In this document: piece after piece, positions 1-6,294 of the stretch | How positions within the stretch are numbered: the stretch's first letter is position 1 | Layout of the letters: every line of letters starts with the position of its first letter | Translations under genes and position numbers: made by a program | From: a virus | Lineage: Duplodnaviria; Caudoviricetes | Length of the DNA stretch: 24,183 bases | IMG/VR virus record: IMGVR_UViG_3300042510_001118 | Location: 1-24,183 of that record | Direction: 5' to 3' (one strand) | The notes under the pieces: generated by a model | The model's input: only the letters and a program-made list of their open reading frames with translations | Told to the model about the DNA's origin: nothing | Database searches by the model: none

Positions 1-227
1 TCACACAGGCGCTCTACGGCGACGGCATGGCGCTGGACTTCCGCAAGGTCAAAACCCGGCCGCACGGCCACGTTCTTGATCGACACGCCAGCGAACTCGT
101 CGCCCGAGTAGATGCTAGCGTCCTGCCAGGATATCAGCCGCCCGAGCGAACGCGCTAGACTCGTCGCGGATGGCGGAAGGCCGAAGACCCGCGCCACCTC
201 GGGCTGGCGTTCTGCGGTTGTCTGCAT
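1..227 (-). CDS. Partial hypothetical protein downstream of the replication initiator (helicase-loader position); runs off the window
   Basis: Hand translation from ATG at 227: MQTTAERQPEVARVFGLPPSATSLARSLGRLISWQDASIYSGDEFAGVSIKNVAVRPGFDLAEVQRHAVAVERLC, open to the window edge. It overlaps the initiator 3' end. Function is inferred from position only. Confidence 0.5.
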   Translation of the reverse strand, partial: MQTTAERQPEVARVFGLPPSATSLARSLGRLISWQDASIYSGDEFAGVSIKNVAVRPGFDLAEVQRHAVAVERLC

Positions 228-855
228 CGCGCCGGCACCAGTTGCGCCATGTGGCAGGCCAATCGGTCTTGCGTCCCTTTGCGCCGGGAATTGCTGCCCA
301 GTAGTCGCGGAACGTGCTGGCTGTGGCTTCGGGATCGAGGTTGAGATCGGCGGCAAAATCTCGCTCAGTCGGCGCGGGCTGCCAATCTGCCGGGAGCCTT
401 GTTCCAAGTCGCTCATCACTGGACCTCGTTGCGCTCTTGACGGTTAACTTCTTGGTTCTTGATGGTTCTATGGTGGTTCGGGTCCCACCGTGGGAGGGGT
501 CCCCTACCAATTTGGGAGGGGTGGGGTCCCACCTTGGGAGGGGTGGCGTCTCCGTTGGGAGGGGTGCCGATTTGGTAGGGGTACCAATTTGGGAGGGGTC
601 AAAGTCCGCATTAAGCCGGTACATGTCGCTTTGACCGGGCCGCGCTTCACGGCTGATAATCCCCATCGCTTCCACCCGCTGCAGGGCACGGCGCGCGGTG
701 TTCTCGCTGCAACCTACGAACAAGGCGATGCGAGCCAAAGACGGCCAGCACTTCCATTCCTCGTCCGCATGATCTGCCAGCGCATGCAAAACGCCCTTGG
801 CGGCCATGTCCTGCAACGGTAAGGCAAAAGACCATGAAAGGGCGCGAACGCTCAT
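115..855 (-). CDS. Phage replication initiator (N-terminal winged HTH, iteron-coded linker, DnaT-like C-terminus)
   Basis: N-terminus 'AKGVLHALADHADEEWKCWPSLARIA...SENTARRALQRVEAMGII' is typical of HTH_36-type initiators. C-terminus 'GTRLPADWQP...FRDYW...KTDWPATWRNW'. Internal direct repeats; ATGA overlap with the upstream gene. Confidence 0.85.
   Translation of the reverse strand: MSVRALSWSFALPLQDMAAKGVLHALADHADEEWKCWPSLARIALFVGCSENTARRALQRVEAMGIISREARPGQSDMYRLNADFDPSQIGTPTKSAPLPTETPPLPRWDPTPPKLVGDPSHGGTRTTIEPSRTKKLTVKSATRSSDERLGTRLPADWQPAPTERDFAADLNLDPEATASTFRDYWAAIPGAKGRKTDWPATWRNWCRRDADNRRTPARGGAGLRPSAIRDESSAFARAADILAGR
444..600. repeat. Putative replication origin: six iterons plus adjacent T-rich tract inside the initiator gene
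   Basis: TGGGAGGGGT at 491, 513, 535, 556 and 590, variant TGGTAGGGGT at 573. TACCAATTTGGGAGGGGT at 505 and 582. T-rich GGTTC-repeat tract at about 444-480. Same layout as ori within lambda O. Confidence 0.8.
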
Positions 856-1268
856 ACCCTCGCCTCCAATGCCGCTTCCAAAGTCTTGTAAAGCGCCTGC
901 TCCCGGCTAACGCCGCGATTGACCAGCATGGCAATGATCTTCCGCTTGCCCCTGCCCTTCGGCCTGCCGAGTTTCTTGGGCGGCCAGCCCTCGCGCACCG
1001 CGAGCTTCCGCACTACGTCGCGCGTGGTGTGATGCCGGATTGCCACCTGCCACGTCTGCAGGTGCGGGTTCGTGTAGTCCTTCCGCATCTGCTGCAGCCG
1101 CTTGAAAGTCCACTTGGGGCGCTGGCGGATTTGGTCGCGCCATTCCAGCGGGAGCATGTCGATTGCCCGCTTCTGCGGTGCGCCGACAATCCTGCAGCAC
1201 TCCACCAGGGGAACGCCCGCAAGGCGCAGCCCGATGATGCCTGCCATCTGTCCGGTGGTGATCCTCAT
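852..1268 (-). CDS. Basic hypothetical DNA-binding protein (HTH-like, GRP AT-hook-like motif)
   Basis: 138 aa ORF coupled at both ends by ATGA overlaps; 'TWQVAIRHHTTRDVVRKLAVREGW' and 'KKLGRPKGRGKRK'. Confidence 0.65.
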   Translation of the reverse strand: MRITTGQMAGIIGLRLAGVPLVECCRIVGAPQKRAIDMLPLEWRDQIRQRPKWTFKRLQQMRKDYTNPHLQTWQVAIRHHTTRDVVRKLAVREGWPPKKLGRPKGRGKRKIIAMLVNRGVSREQALYKTLEAALEARV

Positions 1269-1369
1269 TGACTATTCTCTGCGCTAAATCCGCGTGCAGT
1301 GTCATCCGTGGATGAGAACGAGCGAGGATTGCTCGCCATGTGCGCGCCGTAGTCCTTGTGGCGTTCCAT
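1265..1369 (-). CDS. 34-aa small ORF
   Basis: MERHKDYGAHMASNPRSFSSTDDTARGFSAENSQ exactly fills the gap, with TGATG overlap upstream and ATGA overlap downstream. Confidence 0.45.
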   Translation of the reverse strand: MERHKDYGAHMASNPRSFSSTDDTARGFSAENSQ

Positions 1370-1710
1370 CACGACAGCCTCACATCTATTCCGTGAACGG
1401 ACTTCATGAGGTGGCGCTTGATGCGGGCCACATCGGTTTCGTGGCCTTTGGCGTCCTCTACGACGTAAGCAAAGTCAGGCAGCGTGATGTATCGGAAGTC
1501 GGCCACATAGCGCAGGGCAGGCTTTTTCCGGGCCTCTCCGTGCAGTTTAACGGCGGGTGCCAACTCATAGACAATCTGCCGAACAAGGGCTGTAATCTCG
1601 CCCGCTTTCTCTAGCAGCTTGAGTTCCTGCCACCGCTTCGCTTCGCGTTGGCTGTCAAACTTGAGGCCGTCAACGACCGTCTTGCGGGCGCCGTACTTAT
1701 TGCGCGCCAC
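1369..1710 (-). CDS. DUF1064 family PD-(D/E)xK nuclease-like protein
   Basis: 'NKYGARKTVVDGLKFDSQREAKRW...YVADFRY...VVEDAKG'. GTG at 1710 preceded by GGAGG. Confidence 0.85.
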   Translation of the reverse strand: MARNKYGARKTVVDGLKFDSQREAKRWQELKLLEKAGEITALVRQIVYELAPAVKLHGEARKKPALRYVADFRYITLPDFAYVVEDAKGHETDVARIKRHLMKSVHGIDVRLS

Positions 1711-1868
1711 TATCGCCTCCACCGCGCTGCGGCTACAGCAGCAGCACGGGCGGCTATCAGGTCAAAGCGTGCCTGATGGGAGCGCGTGCGGTCGTATCGA
1801 GCCTGGGCTATGTCGGCGGCTAGTTCAGCGGCTAACAGGCGGGCGGCGGGGCAACGGCGGCGGGTCAT
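1710..1868 (-). CDS. 52-aa hypothetical protein
   Basis: ATG at 1868 overlaps the methyltransferase stop (ATGA); its TAG overlaps the DUF1064 GTG. Confidence 0.5.
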   Translation of the reverse strand: MTRRRCPAARLLAAELAADIAQARYDRTRSHQARFDLIAARAAAVAAARWRR

Positions 1869-2485
1869 GCTGCCCTCGCTTCGTCGGCCACGCCGCCCCA
1901 CTGATCTGCCATAGCGTCAGCAATGCCGGGAAAGAACCTGGAGCGTTCACGCCAGCGATCGGCAGACGGCGGCATGCGATGCACGCGGGCTTCCCGGCCT
2001 TCCACAATGTTTGTAGGCTTGAGCGGCTGCAGGTTCTTGAGCCACAGGCAGGTGCGCTTGGTTTCCCCGTGGCCGTATTGCCAAGGCTGCACCGATTGCG
2101 CGGGCTCCTGATAGTTCTGGATCAGCGCCTTCGCGTGCCGGTGCATTACCGGATTTTCGACGCAGATGCGCTCAACGGGGGCATTCCAGAAGGCAGAAAA
2201 CAGCGCCGCGCCCTCCTGCAGTTCATGCCGCATCTGATCCGCCGTCTTGCCCGGCGGCGGGACGGACAGCCACCGCACGCCACTGTTGCAGAGTCGGGTG
2301 CAGGGCGGGTGCGCCACCATGAGTAAATCCCAACCGTCGTTAAGGATCGCACGCGCATCGCTCACGATGTGCCGGTTGCTCCGGTCATCGGCCGGCAACA
2401 GGTCGCAGGACCAGGCGTCGTGACCACGGGAGGCAAACGCGCGCCGCACGATTCCGCTGAATTCACAGGCGACCAAAACCCTCAT
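1865..2485 (-). CDS. Phage C5 cytosine DNA methyltransferase-like protein
   Basis: 'MRVLVACEFSG' SAM-binding-like motif I, 'HPPC' catalytic motif IV, 'ENP' motif VI, 'KRTCLW'. Start at 2485 by ATGA overlap. Confidence 0.75.
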   Translation of the reverse strand: MRVLVACEFSGIVRRAFASRGHDAWSCDLLPADDRSNRHIVSDARAILNDGWDLLMVAHPPCTRLCNSGVRWLSVPPPGKTADQMRHELQEGAALFSAFWNAPVERICVENPVMHRHAKALIQNYQEPAQSVQPWQYGHGETKRTCLWLKNLQPLKPTNIVEGREARVHRMPPSADRWRERSRFFPGIADAMADQWGGVADEARAA

Positions 2486-2976
2486 ACCGCACCCCTCCGC
2501 AGGAATGGTGGCTGCTCTGGCATGTCGGCGTCGGTGAGCGCGCTTGCAGCCTTCCTGATCTCCGCGCATTCGTCCTCTGGAGTTGCAGGAAACCACGGCG
2601 TCGCAGTTTCGTGCGAATTTGCGACCGTCGCATTTTCAGATGATTTTGCGACCGCCCTCGCGCGGGCCACAGTTGCCCTGTGAACGCCGTTGGCTTCGGC
2701 CGCAGCATCCAGCGTCGCGCCTTCGCGAACCGCCTTCATGGCCTTCCCTACCGGCCCTAGCGCGGCCTCGTATAGTTCGATCAGCGTGTCATCCTCTGCC
2801 AGCTTGGCAGGGTCCATCCGCAGGCGCGCAATCACCTTGCGGAGCGCCTTTGGAATGTAGCCCGCGCTTTTCGCCTCGGTGTAAATGTCGCGAATGTCGG
2901 AGGCGATGCCGTCGCGCTCATCCATCAGGCGCTCGATGCGCTCGGCCAGTGATTTCAGGCGGTTGTCGGTCATCAC
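2482..2976 (-). CDS. GapR/DUF2312 family nucleoid protein fused to a C-terminal HTH
   Basis: 'LKSLAERIERLMDERDGIASDIRDIYTEAKSAGYIPKALRKVIARLRMD...LYEAALG' matches the DUF2312 pattern, followed by 'ATLDAAAEANGVHRATVARAR'. Confidence 0.8.
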   Translation of the reverse strand: MMTDNRLKSLAERIERLMDERDGIASDIRDIYTEAKSAGYIPKALRKVIARLRMDPAKLAEDDTLIELYEAALGPVGKAMKAVREGATLDAAAEANGVHRATVARARAVAKSSENATVANSHETATPWFPATPEDECAEIRKAASALTDADMPEQPPFLRRGAV

Positions 2977-3086
2977 CGCCCCCTACCGCCGATCAGCTTG
3001 TACGCGCGCTTGCGGTCCGCCTGAACCTTGGCGACCCACTCCCTGATCCGCCTTTCGTCCCTCTCGCACTTCGCCAGCAGTCTCAT
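2973..3086 (-). CDS. 37-aa basic ORF overlapping the CII-position gene
   Basis: MRLLAKCERDERRIREWVAKVQADRKRAYKLIGGRGR; its stop overlaps the GapR start (GTGA), preceded by GAGGA. Confidence 0.4.
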   Translation of the reverse strand: MRLLAKCERDERRIREWVAKVQADRKRAYKLIGGRGR

Positions 3087-3384
3087 CCCGATCCTCTGCG
3101 GAGAGCGCCCGCAGATCGTCTTCAAGGCGCTCGTCAAGCGCGCGGAACCGCGCCTCAATGTGGAGAAATTCATCGGCCGAAAGCCTCACGTCTTCATTGT
3201 TAGAGAGGATGGCCCGGACGCGCCGGGCGTTGATGCCGACCTTTCTGGCGAGGCGATTCCGCCAGTGGTCCTTGGTGTCATCCCACTGCCTTGGGCCGCC
3301 AAGGGCGACCAACATGGAACGGACGCGATCAAGCGCGGCAGACATTGCCGAGCCCTTGGCAGGCTTTGACGACTTTGTGGTCAT
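2983..3384 (-). CDS. HTH regulatory protein in the CII position
   Basis: ATG at 3384 with GAGGGA RBS; HTH-like 'RNRLARKVGINARRVRAIL'; lies after a terminator in the cro operon. Confidence 0.55.
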   Translation of the reverse strand: MTTKSSKPAKGSAMSAALDRVRSMLVALGGPRQWDDTKDHWRNRLARKVGINARRVRAILSNNEDVRLSADEFLHIEARFRALDERLEDDLRALSAEDRDETAGEVREGRKADQGVGRQGSGGPQARVQADRR

Positions 3385-3723
3385 GTCTTCCCTCATGGTT
3401 AAAACCATGAAAAGCCAAGCCACCACTTGGACGCCGATAGGTGAAGTTCTGCGCAGGGTCGCCGCCAAGCTCGCTGCGCAGAGAGATAAAAGAGCGGTCG
3501 CGCCGGAGATACTCGACAGCGCGACCGCAGTTGTCCCCGGTCAGGGAGTAGGAAGCGGCGCCCCAAGGAGCCGCACCGGGGATACGAATAGGGGCGGCCT
3601 CGACCGACCCAATCTTACGGGCGAGGCCGTTGCCAACCGTGTTCGGAGCGCTATGCACGGTGGCGGGGGAAACCAGATTGCGAGCAATCCCGCTCGCCGG
3701 GAGGTCGGAACAGAAGCCCCGGA
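3385..3723 (-). ncRNA. Candidate structured RNA / leader with consecutive hairpins
   Basis: Stems 3393-3400/3403-3410, 3448-3456/3474-3482, 3494-3503/3519-3528, 3534-3541/3575-3582 (enclosing 3555-3574), 3595-3602/3622-3629, 3636-3641/3656-3661 and 3676-3680/3685-3689. Confidence 0.5.
3486..3528 (-). terminator. Intrinsic terminator (tR1-like)
   Basis: Minus strand GCGGTCGCGC-N15-GCGCGACCGC (perfect 10-bp stem) followed by TCTTTTAT. Confidence 0.65.
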
Positions 3724-4377
3724 TCATTTCCGGCCTCCCCTCTTACCTTCCAGATCGTCAACAACGACCAGTCCGGAGGCGGACAGGCGCGTGCGGAGCT
3801 CCCAATAAAACGCAGCGCCTTCGGGCTTCTCGGCGGCGTCGAGCGCCCGGCCGATCCCGTTTATAACGCTGGTATGGCACCCGCGATTGGTGACACGGGC
3901 CATGGACGGAGAGCTAAGCCCGGTAAACTCGCGAAGCAGCCGCCAGCAAACATGCCGAATCCGGACAATGTTGCGCAGCCGCTTGAAGTCGTGGATCTCG
4001 TAGGCCGTGACGCCCGCAACCTGGGCCGCCAATTCAACGATCTTGTCGAAGATCACGCGGTCGGCTGGCGTGTCGGTGCGGCCATTATGGAGGTAAAGCC
4101 GCGTGTTCTTGATGCGCTTGGTGATACGACCAAGGCGCGATCGGGCGCGCTCTTCCGACAGTTTGCGCCCCGATATACGGCACGCTTCCTGCCTGACTGG
4201 ATTGGTGGTGTCGCGCTTCGTCGCCAGCACGACCGGCGCGAGGACTTCCCGTTTCACCACAATCGGCTTAGGCAGCCGCGCCAGCGCCGCCGGGCTCATG
4301 TCCTTGCTGGCAAGGCTGCGGATGCGCGCCTTTTCTTCCTGCAGTTCATGGAAGTAGCCGATGCCGTCGAGGTCCAT
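3724..4377 (-). CDS. Protein with a DnaA domain IV (Bac_DnaA_C)-like DNA-binding domain
   Basis: 'KIVELAAQVAGVTAYEIHDFKRLRNIVRIRHVCWRLLREFTGLSSPSMARVTNRGCHTSVINGI' parallels DnaA IV (R..R, R...ylr.lt..Sl..IG, DHTTV). No Walker A/B seen. Confidence 0.7.
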   Translation of the reverse strand: MDLDGIGYFHELQEEKARIRSLASKDMSPAALARLPKPIVVKREVLAPVVLATKRDTTNPVRQEACRISGRKLSEERARSRLGRITKRIKNTRLYLHNGRTDTPADRVIFDKIVELAAQVAGVTAYEIHDFKRLRNIVRIRHVCWRLLREFTGLSSPSMARVTNRGCHTSVINGIGRALDAAEKPEGAAFYWELRTRLSASGLVVVDDLEGKRGGRK

Positions 4378-4380
4378 CGC

Positions 4381-4554
4381 TCAGGCCCCCATGTCTTCAA
4401 AGTCGGCGTCGACGCGGTACACGCTCGGCGCGTTGGGGCGGCGGAAGCCTTGCCTGCGACGCAGTTCCATCAGGGCTTGCAGGCGGCGCTTCTCTGCGTC
4501 CGTCAGTTCACGGCGTTGCACGGGATCGCAGGCGTCGGACCAATCGTCGGTCAT
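4381..4554 (-). CDS. 57-aa hypothetical protein
   Basis: ATG at 4554 (ATGA overlap, GGTGGTG upstream): MTDDWSDACDPVQRRELTDAEKRRLQALMELRRRQGF... Confidence 0.55.
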   Translation of the reverse strand: MTDDWSDACDPVQRRELTDAEKRRLQALMELRRRQGFRRPNAPSVYRVDADFEDMGA

Positions 4555-4631
4555 TTCGTCACCACCCGGAACAGAGCCCACATGAGAACAAGGAACGCGG
4601 CCAGCACGGCGAGTTCGGGGAGGTGGGTCAT
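4551..4631 (-). CDS. 26-aa single-pass membrane peptide
   Basis: MTHLPELAVLAAFLVLMWALFRVVTK; ATGA overlaps at both ends. Confidence 0.55.
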   Translation of the reverse strand: MTHLPELAVLAAFLVLMWALFRVVTK

Positions 4632-4879
4632 GCGGCGGCCTGTTCTGAAGCGCCGGTCTTGATTGCCTTGGCCTTCGCGTGGGCTTGCGCCAGTGCCTCG
4701 TAGGTGAAGCCTCCAATCTTGCGGCTCTTGGCGAGCCTGATCAGAGAAGGCCACGCCTCAACCGGAATTGAATTGCGCGTGAACCACGACGCCACCGTCG
4801 TCAGGGGGCGCTTAAGGGCCGATGCAACCAAGCGGTAACCACCCAGAAGATCGATTGCTTGTGCGGGGGACGTGATCAT
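4628..4879 (-). CDS. cro: Cro-like HTH repressor
   Basis: 'IDLLGGYRLVASALKRPLTTVASWFTRNSIPVEAWPSLI'; divergent from cI across the operators. Confidence 0.75.
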   Translation of the reverse strand: MITSPAQAIDLLGGYRLVASALKRPLTTVASWFTRNSIPVEAWPSLIRLAKSRKIGGFTYEALAQAHAKAKAIKTGASEQAAA

Positions 4880-4889
4880 AGCGCACATA

Positions 4890-4928
4890 AACGCATATTG
4901 CGTTCCTGTCGTCAACGCCTTTTGCGTT
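4890..4928. promoter_or_regulatory. OR operators (two 15-bp palindromes) and probable cro promoter
   Basis: AACGCATATTGCGTT at 4890-4904 and AACGCCTTTTGCGTT at 4914-4928, 24-bp period. Minus-strand TTGACG at 4915-4910 between them. Confidence 0.85.
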
Positions 4929-4952
4929 CTCCTGCATGAAAAACTGCAGACC

Positions 4953-5654
4953 ATGAATACGCTTGCAGAACGTCTCCGCGTGGCTCGTCAAAAAGCTGGC
5001 TACGAAAGCGCCGCCGATGCCGCGCGCACTTTTGGCTGGACGAAAACGACCTATGCCGATCACGAGAATGGGCACCGCCGCCCCAAGCTGGATCAGCTCA
5101 AACGCTACGGGGCAGCCTTTTCAGTGCCTTGGCTCTGGCTTCAGGAAGGCGGCGCATTCCCGGACAAAAATAAGCCGACTGTAGGAGTGCAGACCATCCC
5201 CATCACCGGCGAGGTTGCGGCTGGGCAATGGCTTGATGTTGATGTTGAGGTTGATCCGAGAGATTTTGACCAGCATCCCGTTGCCGTTCATCCCGATTAC
5301 CCAATTGCAGCGCAGTTTGGCCTAATCGTGCGAGGCAATTCTATGAACCGGGTTTTCTCGCCTGGCATGATTTTGCATTGCGTCGACATAATCAAGGCAG
5401 ACATTGAAACGGCCGAGGACGATGTCGTAATCGTTGAGAGAACTCGCGCCCAAGCCAGCCAGCGCGAGGTTACTGCCAAGCGGATTAGTAAACGTGGGCA
5501 CCTAATCGTGCTGTCGCCCGATTCGACAGAGGCAAAATGGAAGCCGATCACGTTTGACCCCACAGCCGAGAGCGACTCGGACGAAGAAGAGGTCCGGGTT
5601 TTGGCCATTGTTATATCGGCCGTCATTCCGCTCGTGCACCGCCGCCGTCGATAA
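4953..5654 (+). CDS. cI: CI-like repressor (XRE HTH + S24 autopeptidase)
   Basis: HTH 'LAERLRVARQKAGYESAADAARTFGW...YADHENG'; cleavage site 'VAAG'; catalytic Ser 'GNSM' and Lys 'TAKR'. Confidence 0.92.
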   Translation: MNTLAERLRVARQKAGYESAADAARTFGWTKTTYADHENGHRRPKLDQLKRYGAAFSVPWLWLQEGGAFPDKNKPTVGVQTIPITGEVAAGQWLDVDVEVDPRDFDQHPVAVHPDYPIAAQFGLIVRGNSMNRVFSPGMILHCVDIIKADIETAEDDVVIVERTRAQASQREVTAKRISKRGHLIVLSPDSTEAKWKPITFDPTAESDSDEEEVRVLAIVISAVIPLVHRRRR

Positions 5655-5694
5655 AACGCCAATGATTTAGCTAAGTAGACGCTTGTCGCAAAAG

Positions 5695-5739
5695 AACGCA
5701 TTTTGCGTTTGACATTAGAACGCATTTTGCGTTTACTCT
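5695..5739 (+). promoter_or_regulatory. OL operators and pL-like promoter
   Basis: AACGCATTTTGCGTT at 5695-5709 and 5719-5733 (24-bp period); TTGACA at 5709-5714; -10 candidates TTTACT/TACTCT at 5732-5739. Confidence 0.85.
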
Positions 5740-5770
5740 CTCTCAGGCACACAGCCGGAGAGAGGACAGC

Positions 5771-5905
5771 ATGACCGCAGCCACCTACGCCGAAGCCAAA
5801 GAAATCGCCGACAGCCTCCGCGCCACCTTCAAGGGCTGCGACTGGGTCGTGACCATCCACGCCCCGCTTTTCGACGGCGACCTGTACCGCGTCGTCGTCG
5901 GCTAA
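5771..5905 (+). CDS. 44-aa early protein
   Basis: MTAATYAEAKEIADSLRATFKGCDWVVTIHAPLFDGDLYRVVVG; GGAGAGAGG RBS; strongly C/G-ending codons. Confidence 0.75.
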   Translation: MTAATYAEAKEIADSLRATFKGCDWVVTIHAPLFDGDLYRVVVG

Positions 5906-5928
5906 CCACACCCAGACAGGAGGACAGC

Positions 5929-6294
5929 ATGGCAAGCAAACACAAGATGATCTGCTACGCGCCGTTTGGTCTACAGCCCGACTCGATACAGGTTGAGATC
6001 ACCTACACCTATTCCCCCGGCAGTCCTGCCGTTTACTACGGCACGCCACAGCCGGCCGAGGACGCCTCGCTCGATTTCGTCTCGGCCAAGGCCACGCTGC
6101 ACGCGCTCGATGACACCATGCAGGCGATGCTCACCGAATGGGCGCAGGAGTACCTTGCAGACGATAGCTCTGCCGGCGGCTACCACGACGCCTGCAACGC
6201 AGCGTCCGACGAAAACATCGACGCACGCGAGGATGCCGCCGACTTTCGACGCCGGCAGGCCCGCGATGACGCCCTGACGGAGCGCAGCAAGTGA
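5929..6294 (+). CDS. Acidic hypothetical early protein
   Basis: GGAGG RBS; 121 aa; by hand count about 21 D/E versus 10 K/R. Confidence 0.8.
   Translation: MASKHKMICYAPFGLQPDSIQVEITYTYSPGSPAVYYGTPQPAEDASLDFVSAKATLHALDDTMQAMLTEWAQEYLADDSSAGGYHDACNAASDENIDAREDAADFRRRQARDDALTERSK

Noticed and set aside
481-600. Repeat array as a CRISPR
   Set aside because: Repeats are only about 10-18 bp with 7-12 bp gaps, lie within a coding gene, and no cas genes are present; iterons explain them.
1-1320. DnaA boxes near the phage origin to match the DnaA-IV-like protein
   Set aside because: By eye only a two-mismatch candidate (about 1307-1315) and no clustered boxes near the iterons.
1321-1336. Complementarity between 1321-1336 and 3680-3694 (GCGAGCAATCC core), suggesting a C4/CI-type antisense target
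   Set aside because: An 11-bp match plus 4 bp after a bulge is expected by chance in 24 kb of GC-rich DNA; it needs conservation evidence.
3355-3380. CTT(T/G)G repeats as a CII-binding site at the start of the CII-position gene
   Set aside because: Short, with a 9-bp period rather than the 10-bp TTGC-N6-TTGC pattern; too weak to call.
3329-3727. 132-aa minus-strand ORF with ATGA coupling to the DnaA-IV-like gene
   Set aside because: Composition is not protein-like, it runs through a terminator and overlaps the next gene; RNA structure explains the region better, though a translated leader is not excluded.
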